From positions 1 through 64,000 of IMG/VR virus record IMGVR_UViG_3300014613_000017: a DNA stretch of 64,000 nt; one strand, 5' to 3'. A program made the translations under genes and the position numbers. This document shows positions 49,736 to 58,912 of the stretch, piece by piece. Position 1 is the first letter of the stretch. Each line of letters starts with the position of its first letter. A model generated the notes under the pieces. It worked only from the letters and a program-made list of their open reading frames with translations, was not told where the DNA came from and made no database searches. This stretch comes from a virus.

Positions 49736-49927
49736 CTAAACTTCATCTAGCTCTTCTGCCGCAATAAGCTCAATCTCTTCCACTTCAACACAGCATGTCC
49801 CACCAAGTAAGTTTGATAAGACTAAGCTCATCTCACCTAACAACAATGGATCGTAGTCAGCAACCATTTCACTAAATGGTACATCTGATGTGCCTGTGAC
49901 AACATACTTCAACATGTATCGTGCCAT
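49736..49927 (-). CDS. acidic hypothetical protein, 63 aa
   Basis: GGGGG RBS before MARYML. Confidence 0.55.
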   Translation of the reverse strand: MARYMLKYVVTGTSDVPFSEMVADYDPLLLGEMSLVLSNLLGGTCCVEVEEIELIAAEELDEV

Positions 49928-50244
49928 TCTATTTCCCCCGTTTTTACGAACAACCGTTCGCATATTTTCTTTTATTCTATCTTGTCCAAACGTATCTGTC
50001 AACGAGTACATTTGCCAAATAATTCTATATGTTAATATTACAATTACATTACCAATTAACAATAATACTATTCTATTATTTGTGGTACTTTTTTATCCTC
50101 CAATGTATCCATTGTGTCGAATAAATAGGACTAGTTGCTACTACAAAAAATCCCAATTTTGTTGTTATAATTGCGATGTAGCAATCAACTAGCTACCGAT
50201 ATTGAGACTGTCTGACCAACTAAGAGGGGTTCTGGACAGTCTCA

Positions 50245-50400
50245 TTATTTTTTAGGTTCTTCCGACTCTTCCAAGTCTTTCTCGACTAATTCTGCCATAT
50301 AGACTTTGATGTGAACACCAATTGTTGCACACTTAATCTTTAACTTTAGGTGTGTCGCTTCCTTTAGTTCAAAAGACACATTCTTCAAATTGCAATTCAC
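50245..50400 (-). CDS. ribbon-helix-helix DNA-binding protein (ParG/CopG-like), about 50 aa
   Basis: Read by eye: KNVSFELKEATHLKLKIKCATIGVHIKVYMAELVEKDL; GGAGG RBS. Confidence 0.7.
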   Translation of the reverse strand: MNCNLKNVSFELKEATHLKLKIKCATIGVHIKVYMAELVEKDLEESEEPKK

Positions 50401-50422
50401 CCTCCCCCTGTCCTACAAGAAA

Positions 50423-50451
50423 ATCTTACCATGTTCTGATTTTTCAGTCAA
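50423..50451 (-). promoter_or_regulatory. sigmaA promoter of the RHH gene
   Basis: TTGACT-17-TAAGAT with TG extension. Confidence 0.65.
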
Positions 50452-50668
50452 CTCTTATTTCCAATACTTGTATCAAATGTAAGTAGAATGGTCTTTGTCT
50501 TATATATATACATTCTTTTTGTGATCTTGGACTCACTTTCTCGCACCTACCAAGATACCAAAAACAAGCTACATATACTTATACTTTATTTATTACTCTT
50601 AGTCAGCACATTTCCCAGCTCGAAAAATGAGTGACTGTTATATAGTTTTTTCTAAGATGATTATTTTT

Positions 50669-51667
50669 TTACTTAATCAAATCATATCCATATAAATTTT
50701 TAAATAACTCTGTCTTAAGTAGCAGCTTAATTACATTTGTATTTCTGTTTTCATATTTATCAACCTTCGTCATAGCTGTGTCAAACTGATCTCCAATGAT
50801 TTTTAAATGCTCTGGCTTAAATTCTCCATCTCTGTTATAGAGTTCATTAGCCATGTGCATCATACCTGATACTTGAATGTCTTTTGATTTCAAAAATTTA
50901 AGATCAAATACTTCTTTATAAATTACGAACTTTCGATTGATATAAAATAAGTCTAATTTTCCTTCTTGTTTTCCTCTTGTTGTTTTCTTGAATATAAATT
51001 CTGAATCTAATAGTTTGCTGGTACTTTGTCTGTCACTTACTGTATTTCCATTTTTATTAACATATTCAGTTTCTTTATCTGTTTTATGAAGTAAATCAAA
51101 TAGTGTTTCTGAAATCTCGATTGTGCGGAATGATCCATCTTTTTGATATAGCGTAGCTAAAAATTTTCCATCTTCCTCTTTTAAGTCCTGTGTGCGTAAG
51201 TTAAGGATTTCTGAAAACCCTTCTCCACTAATTCCCTCAAACAAAGCTAATAACACTGCTCTATCACCATAATTGATTAAATCCTCTAGTCTGTGTAAAA
51301 GCTGCTTTCTTGTAAATGCTGACTGCTTATATTTAGCTACAAACTGTTTAGACCACTCTAATTTATTAACGTTTGATAATGGATTCAGGTTGCTTTCTAC
51401 ATGCCCATTCTCATAAGCCCAATCAATATATTGTTCAAACTTAACTGCGTGATTATAAGCTGTATTAGCTGATGATACAGATAGTGATTTCATTACTTCT
51501 CCTAATTCATCAATCGACATATCGAACATATCTTTTCCAAATAGTTCTTCAGTTTTCTTAGCTGTTATAAAAGGATATGCATATAATTTACGTGTCTCAT
51601 TATGTTGGATTGTATTTAGATAATCAATTTTAATATCTCCATTATAAAAGTTTTCTTTATTTAACAT
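50669..51667 (-). CDS. mrpR: MrpR/YopR/SroF-like master repressor (inactive tyrosine-recombinase fold)
   Basis: NY..RAVL.ALFEG.SG...SE.L.L pattern; catalytic Arg absent; position after the YopQ-like gene. Confidence 0.8.
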   Translation of the reverse strand: MLNKENFYNGDIKIDYLNTIQHNETRKLYAYPFITAKKTEELFGKDMFDMSIDELGEVMKSLSVSSANTAYNHAVKFEQYIDWAYENGHVESNLNPLSNVNKLEWSKQFVAKYKQSAFTRKQLLHRLEDLINYGDRAVLLALFEGISGEGFSEILNLRTQDLKEEDGKFLATLYQKDGSFRTIEISETLFDLLHKTDKETEYVNKNGNTVSDRQSTSKLLDSEFIFKKTTRGKQEGKLDLFYINRKFVIYKEVFDLKFLKSKDIQVSGMMHMANELYNRDGEFKPEHLKIIGDQFDTAMTKVDKYENRNTNVIKLLLKTELFKNLYGYDLIK

Positions 51668-51745
51668 TTTCTTTTCTTCTCCCCTATTATCTAATTTATA
51701 ATTTTTATTATATTTAATGTTATGTTTTAGGCTTCCCTTTTATTC

Positions 51746-53071
51746 TTAAATTAAACCTCTAAAGTATTTACTTATTCTTGATTCATCAATTTGATTATTA
51801 ATTTTACCATCTAATCTAATTATGCCTAGCTCTTTCCATAAAGGATTATCTATTTTAAAGTCTACTTTATCAAGGATTGATTTTAATTTTTCAAATTCTA
51901 AATTTTGTTTTTTCATTTCTGCTGCTAATCCAATATATCCTGCAAACAATTTGTTATAAGCCATAATTGATTCATTCTGATTTCTTGTTGATAAAAATTC
52001 GTCTGGATATAATCCAATCAGATACTCAAAGAATGTTGTTAGATACTGTCCAGTTTGTCTTGCTTCAAGTAATGACTTCATTGGAAACTCTCTGTCAATT
52101 GAATCTGCTAAAACTCTGTAGCTCACTAATTCTCCTGCTGTTATATTCATTCTTGAGCCTGTAGTTGTAACTCGATCACGCAACTCTGATTCTGATTTCA
52201 AAATTTGAACTACTGTATCTGCCAACCTGTTTTTTTCTAGCTCTTGAATACGTGCTGTAGGAATTGGTGTAGCCTTAGCTAACTGTGCTTGATACTGTTG
52301 AGCCTGTGCTGTAGTGTAGTTTGATATCATTACAACAAATCGGAAATCTAAGTCTGGATTTTCTGCATATGCTTGTTGAGATGCTAAACATCTATGGTAT
52401 CCATCAAGAATATCTAATCGTGTTCCTTCATTGATTGTAAGCACATTTTTCTTTCCATTGTATGATAGCTCTTCTCCATTGTCGCTAGTCTGTGTAGCAG
52501 CATTGAAGGCTAATGTCGTGTGTATTAACTGATCCTTTTTAAGCAACTCTTTAATTTCTTTTACGTTTTTCTTATAAATTGTTGGTTTAAATAACATTTT
52601 ATCCTTGCGAACAACTCTTGTTGCTTGTCGTTGAATCTCATAGTTATAATTTAGCTTTTTGGATTTCATTAACTGAGCAATCGTTTTGATGTCCAGTGAA
52701 GCAACATATAAGTTGTTTCCAATGTGGATCACGTTTTCAATTTCTAGTGGGAAAACAATATCATCTTCACCATGTACAAACATGTAATCGAATTGTCTTG
52801 CTTCTTTCATTTCAGCTTCAGTAAACCAATTATTAGGTGCAAATTCTTTTAATCCTGTTTTGACATAAAACTGTTCACTGAAGAGTGCTAACTCTCTTAT
52901 ATCTGCATCTTCTAATACTTCAGGCTGTGAAAAGTAATCCTCCACTCTTCCTTCTGTAATTCTATACTTTGATAACTCTTCCTTAATTTCTGATACTGCT
53001 TTTTTATTTGTAGAGATATATTGAATATTATCTTCAATTTTCTCTAAAAGTTCAGCTCGATTTTTGCTCAT
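51746..53071 (-). CDS. YopQ/SroE-like DndB (DGQHR)-family protein
   Basis: ILDGYHR motif; synteny. Confidence 0.8.
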   Translation of the reverse strand: MSKNRAELLEKIEDNIQYISTNKKAVSEIKEELSKYRITEGRVEDYFSQPEVLEDADIRELALFSEQFYVKTGLKEFAPNNWFTEAEMKEARQFDYMFVHGEDDIVFPLEIENVIHIGNNLYVASLDIKTIAQLMKSKKLNYNYEIQRQATRVVRKDKMLFKPTIYKKNVKEIKELLKKDQLIHTTLAFNAATQTSDNGEELSYNGKKNVLTINEGTRLDILDGYHRCLASQQAYAENPDLDFRFVVMISNYTTAQAQQYQAQLAKATPIPTARIQELEKNRLADTVVQILKSESELRDRVTTTGSRMNITAGELVSYRVLADSIDREFPMKSLLEARQTGQYLTTFFEYLIGLYPDEFLSTRNQNESIMAYNKLFAGYIGLAAEMKKQNLEFEKLKSILDKVDFKIDNPLWKELGIIRLDGKINNQIDESRISKYFRGLI

Positions 53072-53213
53072 CTGTTATGCTCCTTTTCCATTTTTTGTTT
53101 AATTTGATTATATAATAGCATTTTCTGTTTGTAAAAATCTAGTAGTAAAGTTTGTTGTCTTTACACTTACTTTATCATATTATGTCGTTTTATGTCGATA
53201 ACTTTATTTAATT

Positions 53214-54221
53214 TCATTCTTTATTATCTTGTAATTTTAGATTTAAAACGAACAACATCTCTTTAGACATACCCTTTAAAGCATCCAGTAAACATTCATG
53301 TGATACTTCTTTGTATAAATTATGATTTAAATTTCCTTCTAATGAATAATAACCTGTCATTTTCACTTCTTCTTCTTGTAGATATAGCTGCGTTGTAGCA
53401 AGATGCTTATGCTTACCTTTCTTCTGTGCATCTGTTATTGATCCTGTCAGTCTGTATGTGTTGGTTACTGCTGTCTTCTTAAATGAATGGAATGTGTAAT
53501 TTCTGTCCTCATGGTGTAGCTGTTTCTTAAGTCTCAACATCATGTCAGTCAGATTCTTTTTAGTTAATGTAAATACATTGCTTTGTCCTTCTACTTTAAG
53601 CTGCAATAATTCATTGTAGAAATCTCTACTGATTACCTCTAAATACTTTACATCTCCTTTACCAAACCCTGATACATAAACTTTTTCACCATCTGGTTTA
53701 AATTGCTTCCACTCTAATTCACGTAATTCTGATTCACGTAAACCTGTTTCAATGGCTGTTTTGATTATAAGTTGTTTTTCTAAATGCTTATTCTTTTCAA
53801 ATCTTATAGCTTCAAGATATTGTTCTACAACTTCCATTGGCATTGCTTCATAGCTGTTTGCATTGTTCTTTAGTGTGTCGATTAGTTCAAAGAAAGTTAA
53901 GTCTGATTTGATTGCCTTAGTAGCATTTAGATACTTATACATTGATTTAACACTACTTGCGTAACGATTGATGGTACTGTTAGATTGCTTGTCATAAAAG
54001 CTATTCAAGAAAGTCTTAAATGAATCATAGTCCAGCAACTCTAATTCTTCTGCTGTTATAGTGTTAATTGATTTATTATATACATCTGATAAGAAACGAG
54101 TAATGTCTCCTCTATATCCTTTAGTTGTATCTGCTGATCGCTTACCTTTTTCATAAAGAAAATCCTCAATTGCTTTTCCTGCTCTTGTTGTAAAGTCTGT
54201 TACTACTGCTAAATTCGTCAT
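53214..54221 (-). CDS. tyrosine recombinase (YopP-like)
   Basis: SAM-like N-terminal domain, TGLRESE, GKG, HSFKK, KH...TT..Y. Confidence 0.88.
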   Translation of the reverse strand: MTNLAVVTDFTTRAGKAIEDFLYEKGKRSADTTKGYRGDITRFLSDVYNKSINTITAEELELLDYDSFKTFLNSFYDKQSNSTINRYASSVKSMYKYLNATKAIKSDLTFFELIDTLKNNANSYEAMPMEVVEQYLEAIRFEKNKHLEKQLIIKTAIETGLRESELRELEWKQFKPDGEKVYVSGFGKGDVKYLEVISRDFYNELLQLKVEGQSNVFTLTKKNLTDMMLRLKKQLHHEDRNYTFHSFKKTAVTNTYRLTGSITDAQKKGKHKHLATTQLYLQEEEVKMTGYYSLEGNLNHNLYKEVSHECLLDALKGMSKEMLFVLNLKLQDNKE

Positions 54222-54394
54222 CTTCCTCTTCCTTTCAGCGTTATTTTTCTTGTTCTGTTATACACTATATGCGTTTACCTTATTGTTTATTAATGGGGGT
54301 TCAAGATTAGAGATAAAAATACAATGGTTTATTTAAGTTATGGCTTGTATTCTTATCACCAAGCTCGAAAGGGACAGTCAATTGTTTATTCTTT

Positions 54395-54469
54395 CTAAAC
54401 ATTGTTCTTTCCTGTATTGCCTCTTTCCTTGTTGATAATAGTATAACCTTTTTGAGAAGTTTTAAACAT
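54395..54469 (-). CDS. mini-ORF, 24 aa (MFKTSQKGYTIINKERGNTGKNNV)
   Basis: AAGGAG RBS; read by eye. Confidence 0.35.
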   Translation of the reverse strand: MFKTSQKGYTIINKERGNTGKNNV

Positions 54470-54616
54470 ATTAACTCTCCTTTTTTATAATTTATTATTT
54501 AAATTAGTTTTCATCTCCTTTTGAGTTGAGCTTCCTATCCGTCTTCTATTGCTATTATAACACTTATCTTTTCCTTTTGCACGTTTAAACCCTCCAATCT
54601 GATAATAATTTATAAT

Positions 54617-54808
54617 TCATTTGACAGCTAATTTAATGATGATCTTACGCATAACATCATGTGCATACTCTTCAGGCATGTTATGGTGTTCATGAAGGTA
54701 TTCATATACTTTAGATAGTTGTAAGTCATATACTGTTGCTGTTGGGTTTCCTTCTATATAATATGCAGCGTATGTCATAATTGTTTCTTCATATTCTGAT
54801 TCATTCAT
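54617..54808 (-). CDS. hypothetical protein
   Basis: AAGGAG RBS. Confidence 0.65.
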   Translation of the reverse strand: MNESEYEETIMTYAAYYIEGNPTATVYDLQLSKVYEYLHEHHNMPEEYAHDVMRKIIIKLAVK

Positions 54809-55035
54809 TGTGACATCTCCTTTGAAATGTTATTTGATACTATTCCTTTTTGCTTCTTTTCTAATCTCATTCATTTTAAAGTGCATACAATCCTTATGTC
54901 CTCTGAATGTCTTGCCATACAAAGAAATGATTATAGGCTCTCTACATTTATAAATACATATGTCGCAACCATCATGTCTAAGTCCCCAATCAAATTTATC
55001 CATTTGATCCTCTCCTTCCTTTTAAAATACGCTTT

Positions 55036-55254
55036 TTATTGTGTCTTGTTTACCATTGTAGAAACAAGATTTCCAAACAAATTTTGAGTGCTTTGGAATT
55101 GATTATTGATTCTGTCTTCATGTGCTTGAAGTTTTTCTTTCAATGCTCTGTTTTCTCTTTCTAGCTTACGTTTCTTAGAAATTGTATCTGCGATAACCAA
55201 TGCCATTTCATAGACAGTATCTTCATCAATTATTAATTCATCATAATTTCTCAT
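55036..55254 (-). CDS. coiled-coil hypothetical cassette protein
   Basis: Between palindromes 55023 and 55287. Confidence 0.7.
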   Translation of the reverse strand: MRNYDELIIDEDTVYEMALVIADTISKKRKLERENRALKEKLQAHEDRINNQFQSTQNLFGNLVSTMVNKTQ

Positions 55255-55505
55255 TTTTCAATCTCTCCATTTCATATTTTATTTACTAAAATCCTGATTT
55301 TAATTGAATAAATCCCAAACATATTTTTCCCCTTCTGTTTTGCAATCTTTGTTTCTTCTTTTGTTTCTTACTCTAACATTCCGATTCCTCTGCCACATAA
55401 AAAACAATATATTTATAACAACTACTACAACTGATCCTATAAGAAGTCCAATAACTATTCCAATTACCCATCCCAATTTAATTAGCTCCTCTCTTATAAC
55501 TTACC

Positions 55506-55703
55506 CTATGCAAAACGTATAAATAAATTAATTGCACCTAAAGTATAACAGCATAACATAATAGCTAGTGGTGTTTTAAGAGTTGAGACATTCTCTCTAA
55601 ATGAACGCTCTTTTCTTTCCATCCAAGACACCGCTAATATAATCCCTAACATTCCACTACCCACCTGAACAAGAATTCCAACCCACGGATTAAATAATTC
55701 CAT
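55506..55703 (-). CDS. two-TM membrane protein
   Basis: Hydrophobic segments; AAGGAG RBS. Confidence 0.65.
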   Translation of the reverse strand: MELFNPWVGILVQVGSGMLGIILAVSWMERKERSFRENVSTLKTPLAIMLCCYTLGAINLFIRFA

Positions 55704-56051
55704 TTTTCATATCTCCTTTTTGTTTTATAATATATTATATGTTTAACTATTTAGATTATACCACTTGTTCAATTAAAAAGTAAAGAATTATTATAATTTA
55801 TTATTTAATAATGCTTAAATAGTTACTTCTAAAGAATCAGCTCAATTTTAGTTATCCTCAAAGGACTCAATCTTCCACTCTCTACCTCGTAATTCAGGGC
55901 TTTCTAAATTAAGCTTTAATACTGTTAAAATGTAATTAACGTCTCCTTTTGTACTTGTTTTCCATTCTAACTCGTCTTTTGTTTTTCTTGATAATAAATA
56001 CTCTTTCATTTTCTTTTCTCTCCTCTGTATTTTTTATATTTAATAAAGGGA

Positions 56052-56297
56052 CTAAATTACTTCAATACTCACTCTGTCTTTAGGAAAAATTTCTTGAATT
56101 TCAGCATGATCTGTCCAAAGTTTATTTTCTCTCTCCCATGTGAATAGCGAAGGGTAGACAAGTCGTTTTTGTACAGTGTCATACAAAGTGATGGATTGAT
56201 TTGTAATGTTTCTGATTTTTAAATCCGTTGCCACCACCAAGTATAGATTGTCATTCGTTTTAATTGCCATTCCTTCTTCTATAAATTCAAATTTCAT
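56052..56297 (-). CDS. hypothetical protein
   Basis: AAGGAGTG RBS. Confidence 0.65.
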   Translation of the reverse strand: MKFEFIEEGMAIKTNDNLYLVVATDLKIRNITNQSITLYDTVQKRLVYPSLFTWERENKLWTDHAEIQEIFPKDRVSIEVI

Positions 56298-56311
56298 ATC
56301 CTCACTCCTTC

Positions 56312-56659
56312 CTATTTCATTTCTTTCTTAATCTCCATAACAATTTGTTTGACTGTTGATTCAACTTGATTCTTAACAAACTCATTCATACGCAATTCAA
56401 CTTTTTCTTTGAGTTTTTGCTCAAATTTGATGTCAATTAAATGTGAGCCTGTTTTATTAAATTCTCTTCCTAGTAGAAAGTCTGTGCTTACATTGAAGAA
56501 ATCTGCAATCCTGACTAGCATCTCTAGATTGGGTTCTCTGACACCATTTTCATAGCCAGAGATAGTGGATTCAGCAACCTTAAAATAAGTTGCCAGCTCT
56601 TTTTGTGTTAGTTTATTTCTTTTCCTCAAGTGAATCAAGGTCTCTGCTAGTTTTGTCAT
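56312..56659 (-). CDS. Xre-family HTH regulator
   Basis: LTQKELA...ESTISGYENG.REP...IADFF.VSTDFLLGR. Confidence 0.9.
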   Translation of the reverse strand: MTKLAETLIHLRKRNKLTQKELATYFKVAESTISGYENGVREPNLEMLVRIADFFNVSTDFLLGREFNKTGSHLIDIKFEQKLKEKVELRMNEFVKNQVESTVKQIVMEIKKEMK

Positions 56660-56695
56660 TTTTCTCACCCCTATCCACAGTAGTTTATATAAATT

Positions 56696-57061
56696 CTATT
56701 TAACGGTGGTATTTTTATAAGCTTCTCTTATAATCGCTTCTGAAATCCTTTCTCTGTGATCCGAAATGAAACTTTCAATAACCTGCTCTGTAACCTTTTT
56801 AATGTTTAATTCAACTTGTTTTTCGTTCATAATTTTAAAAATATCTTTATTATCTATTGTCTTACTTCTTCCTACAAGATCATCAAGTGACACTTCAAAC
56901 AAATCAGCTAACTGAACTAATCTTGTTAACGTTGGCTCTGCATTGGACAATTCATACTTTGTGTATGCAGCTCTTGTTAAGCTTAGATAGTCAGCAACCT
57001 GTTCTTGACTAAGCTCTTTATGCTTTCTAAGTTGTTTTAAGTTTGTTGCAAAATTAATCAT
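56696..57061 (-). CDS. Xre-family HTH regulator
   Basis: LSQEQVA...RAAYTKYE...EP...LADLF.VSLDDLVGR. Confidence 0.9.
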   Translation of the reverse strand: MINFATNLKQLRKHKELSQEQVADYLSLTRAAYTKYELSNAEPTLTRLVQLADLFEVSLDDLVGRSKTIDNKDIFKIMNEKQVELNIKKVTEQVIESFISDHRERISEAIIREAYKNTTVK

Positions 57062-57312
57062 GTCTGATACTCCTTTTGAAACATTTGGTTACAATTATTG
57101 TATCAGTTAGTGATGTAAATTCAAATTGATTTCATTGAACTATTCATTAAGTCGGTTCATCTGTTCATCAAATCTGCCTTGTTTGTAGCCATCATAATAA
57201 GCCTGTTCTTTTTCTTTTCTTAATTGTTTTATCATCTTCATATACTCTTTTAATTGTCCGCAAGCAAAATCATAATCACTTTTTAATAACTGATATTTGG
57301 TTGACTTCACTT

Positions 57313-57579
57313 TTAATCACCTTTTCCTTCACTACGTATTTTGTCTCCATTTTCAGTGTTTGTTATTAGCTTTCTAAGCTCTTCCATAAAATAAGAAACA
57401 AAAACATAATCCTCATTTTGATAAACGCACGATATGAGAAAGGCAAATTTCATGTCTCTTCCTCCATTCCAATGTTCAGCAACTTCGTTTGCTTTTTGCA
57501 CTGCTTTCCTCTTCTTCCAGTCCTGTTCATAATTATAAATTGTTGTTATTGCTTTCAATCCTTCTTTTAATGCTGACAT
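57313..57579 (-). CDS. hypothetical protein
   Basis: GAGG RBS. Confidence 0.65.
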   Translation of the reverse strand: MSALKEGLKAITTIYNYEQDWKKRKAVQKANEVAEHWNGGRDMKFAFLISCVYQNEDYVFVSYFMEELRKLITNTENGDKIRSEGKGD

Positions 57580-57682
57580 TAAGTTACCTCTCTCTCCTTA
57601 TAAAAACCTTGTTTTAGTTGATGTTATTTTTAAATTTAAAATTTCCTGCATATAAGGGTTTTCTTTTGTATATATTATTAAG

Positions 57683-57706
57683 GAATTCCCTTACCGGAGG
57701 GAATTC
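57683..57706. other. perfect 9-bp inverted repeat GAATTCCCT-N6-AGGGAATTC
   Basis: Intergenic; no U tract, so it could be an operator or an RNA hairpin. Confidence 0.5.
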
Positions 57707-58004
57707 AACTGTCGTTTCTATGGAATGGGTTTATAGCCTATTCCATTTTTTGTGCCTTTGTTGTTTGAACGTGATTATAATTTACCTAATGAAACATTTA
57801 TTTTATTTGAGAATCCTTTCTGTCTTTTACAGAACAAACTAAAATTAATTCACTTTCTTTTACATGTTTAATCGTTTGTTATTAAATATTGGTAGATATG
57901 ATGGTTAAAAGTTGCAGATATTTCATATAAACCTTTCATAGCTCTAAATTTATGCCTTACAATATCTCCTTTTTCATAAGCCATGTGTATGTCTCCTTGT
58001 TCTA

Positions 58005-58271
58005 CTAGCTGATCCATTCATTAAGCTCATTCACTTTTTTAGTTGCTACATTTTCACTCTTAGCTGAATCCACCCATGTCTTACTTTCACCTTGCACTAA
58101 GTAGATATTAAATCCTCCGTGTGATAAGTAATCATCCTTGACATAAATGATTTCAATTGGAAGATTAGATTTCTTTATCATGTCTTTGGCTATAAATCTT
58201 GCCTTAATCCTTACAGGTTCAGAAACTGCATTTCTCTGTTGCTTATACGTTAATGTACTCAATCTAACCAC
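58005..58271 (-). CDS. hypothetical protein
   Basis: GAGG RBS. Confidence 0.65.
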   Translation of the reverse strand: MVRLSTLTYKQQRNAVSEPVRIKARFIAKDMIKKSNLPIEIIYVKDDYLSHGGFNIYLVQGESKTWVDSAKSENVATKKVNELNEWIS

Positions 58272-58274
58272 TCC

Positions 58275-58487
58275 TCATTTTTTAAATCTTTCTAGTATCT
58301 CCTGTTGAAGACTGACTACGTATAATTCCGTGCTGTCTGAGTTTTTTCCTAGTTCACCTGATTTACATGTTAACCTCAATTTATACCAATACTCTAAAAG
58401 CTCTTCATTTGTAAATTCGTGAAAAGCTTTATTTCTCCACTCCTCAACTTTAAAACCAATTCTTAATGACATTTTCATCTTCTCCAT
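58275..58487 (-). CDS. hypothetical protein
   Basis: Compact ORF. Confidence 0.6.
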   Translation of the reverse strand: MEKMKMSLRIGFKVEEWRNKAFHEFTNEELLEYWYKLRLTCKSGELGKNSDSTELYVVSLQQEILERFKK

Positions 58488-58528
58488 TCATAATTTATTA
58501 TTTTGTCTTACCTTTTAAAAGATAGATT

Positions 58529-58789
58529 TTACTCGTTGTATTCTTTAAGCGTTTCAATTCCTTCTCTTATCATTTCTTGTGCATAGCTATCTGTTTTAGC
58601 ATCTTCATCTTTATATGTCACAGTAGTTTCATTAGAACTTAAATCAAGTTTGATTTCAGCGATTACTTTTCCTTCCTCATTCTCATCATTTGTGATCCAA
58701 GCATCAATTGACATTACTACATAGCCCTCTTCAAATCCACTTTCATCAATAAACTCATTTTGAATTGCCATCCATTTGTTGTTTTCCAT
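58529..58789 (-). CDS. acidic hypothetical protein
   Basis: GAGGAG RBS. Confidence 0.7.
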   Translation of the reverse strand: MENNKWMAIQNEFIDESGFEEGYVVMSIDAWITNDENEEGKVIAEIKLDLSSNETTVTYKDEDAKTDSYAQEMIREGIETLKEYNE

Positions 58790-58837
58790 TTTCCATTCTC
58801 CTCTTGTTTTATAATTTGTATTTCCTTCTTATTTATT

Positions 58838-58865
58838 ATTATAACACCGTTTAAACTAAAGTCAA
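58838..58865 (-). promoter_or_regulatory. sigmaA promoter
   Basis: TTGACT-16-TATAAT with TG extension. Confidence 0.55.
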
Positions 58866-58912
58866 CAATTATATTATAATTTATTCATTTATTTTTTATA
58901 ATCATTTCAACT

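Noticed and set aside
50669-51667. second active tyrosine integrase
   Set aside because: The catalytic Arg motif is missing (LFEGISGEGFSE); it fits the MrpR/YopR repressor instead.
255-57842. most plus-strand ORFs in the track (for example 255, 313, 4475, 5855, 17933, 20376, 42336)
   Set aside because: They are shadows of well-supported minus-strand genes, lack an RBS and have low-complexity Ser/Phe/Ile-rich translations.
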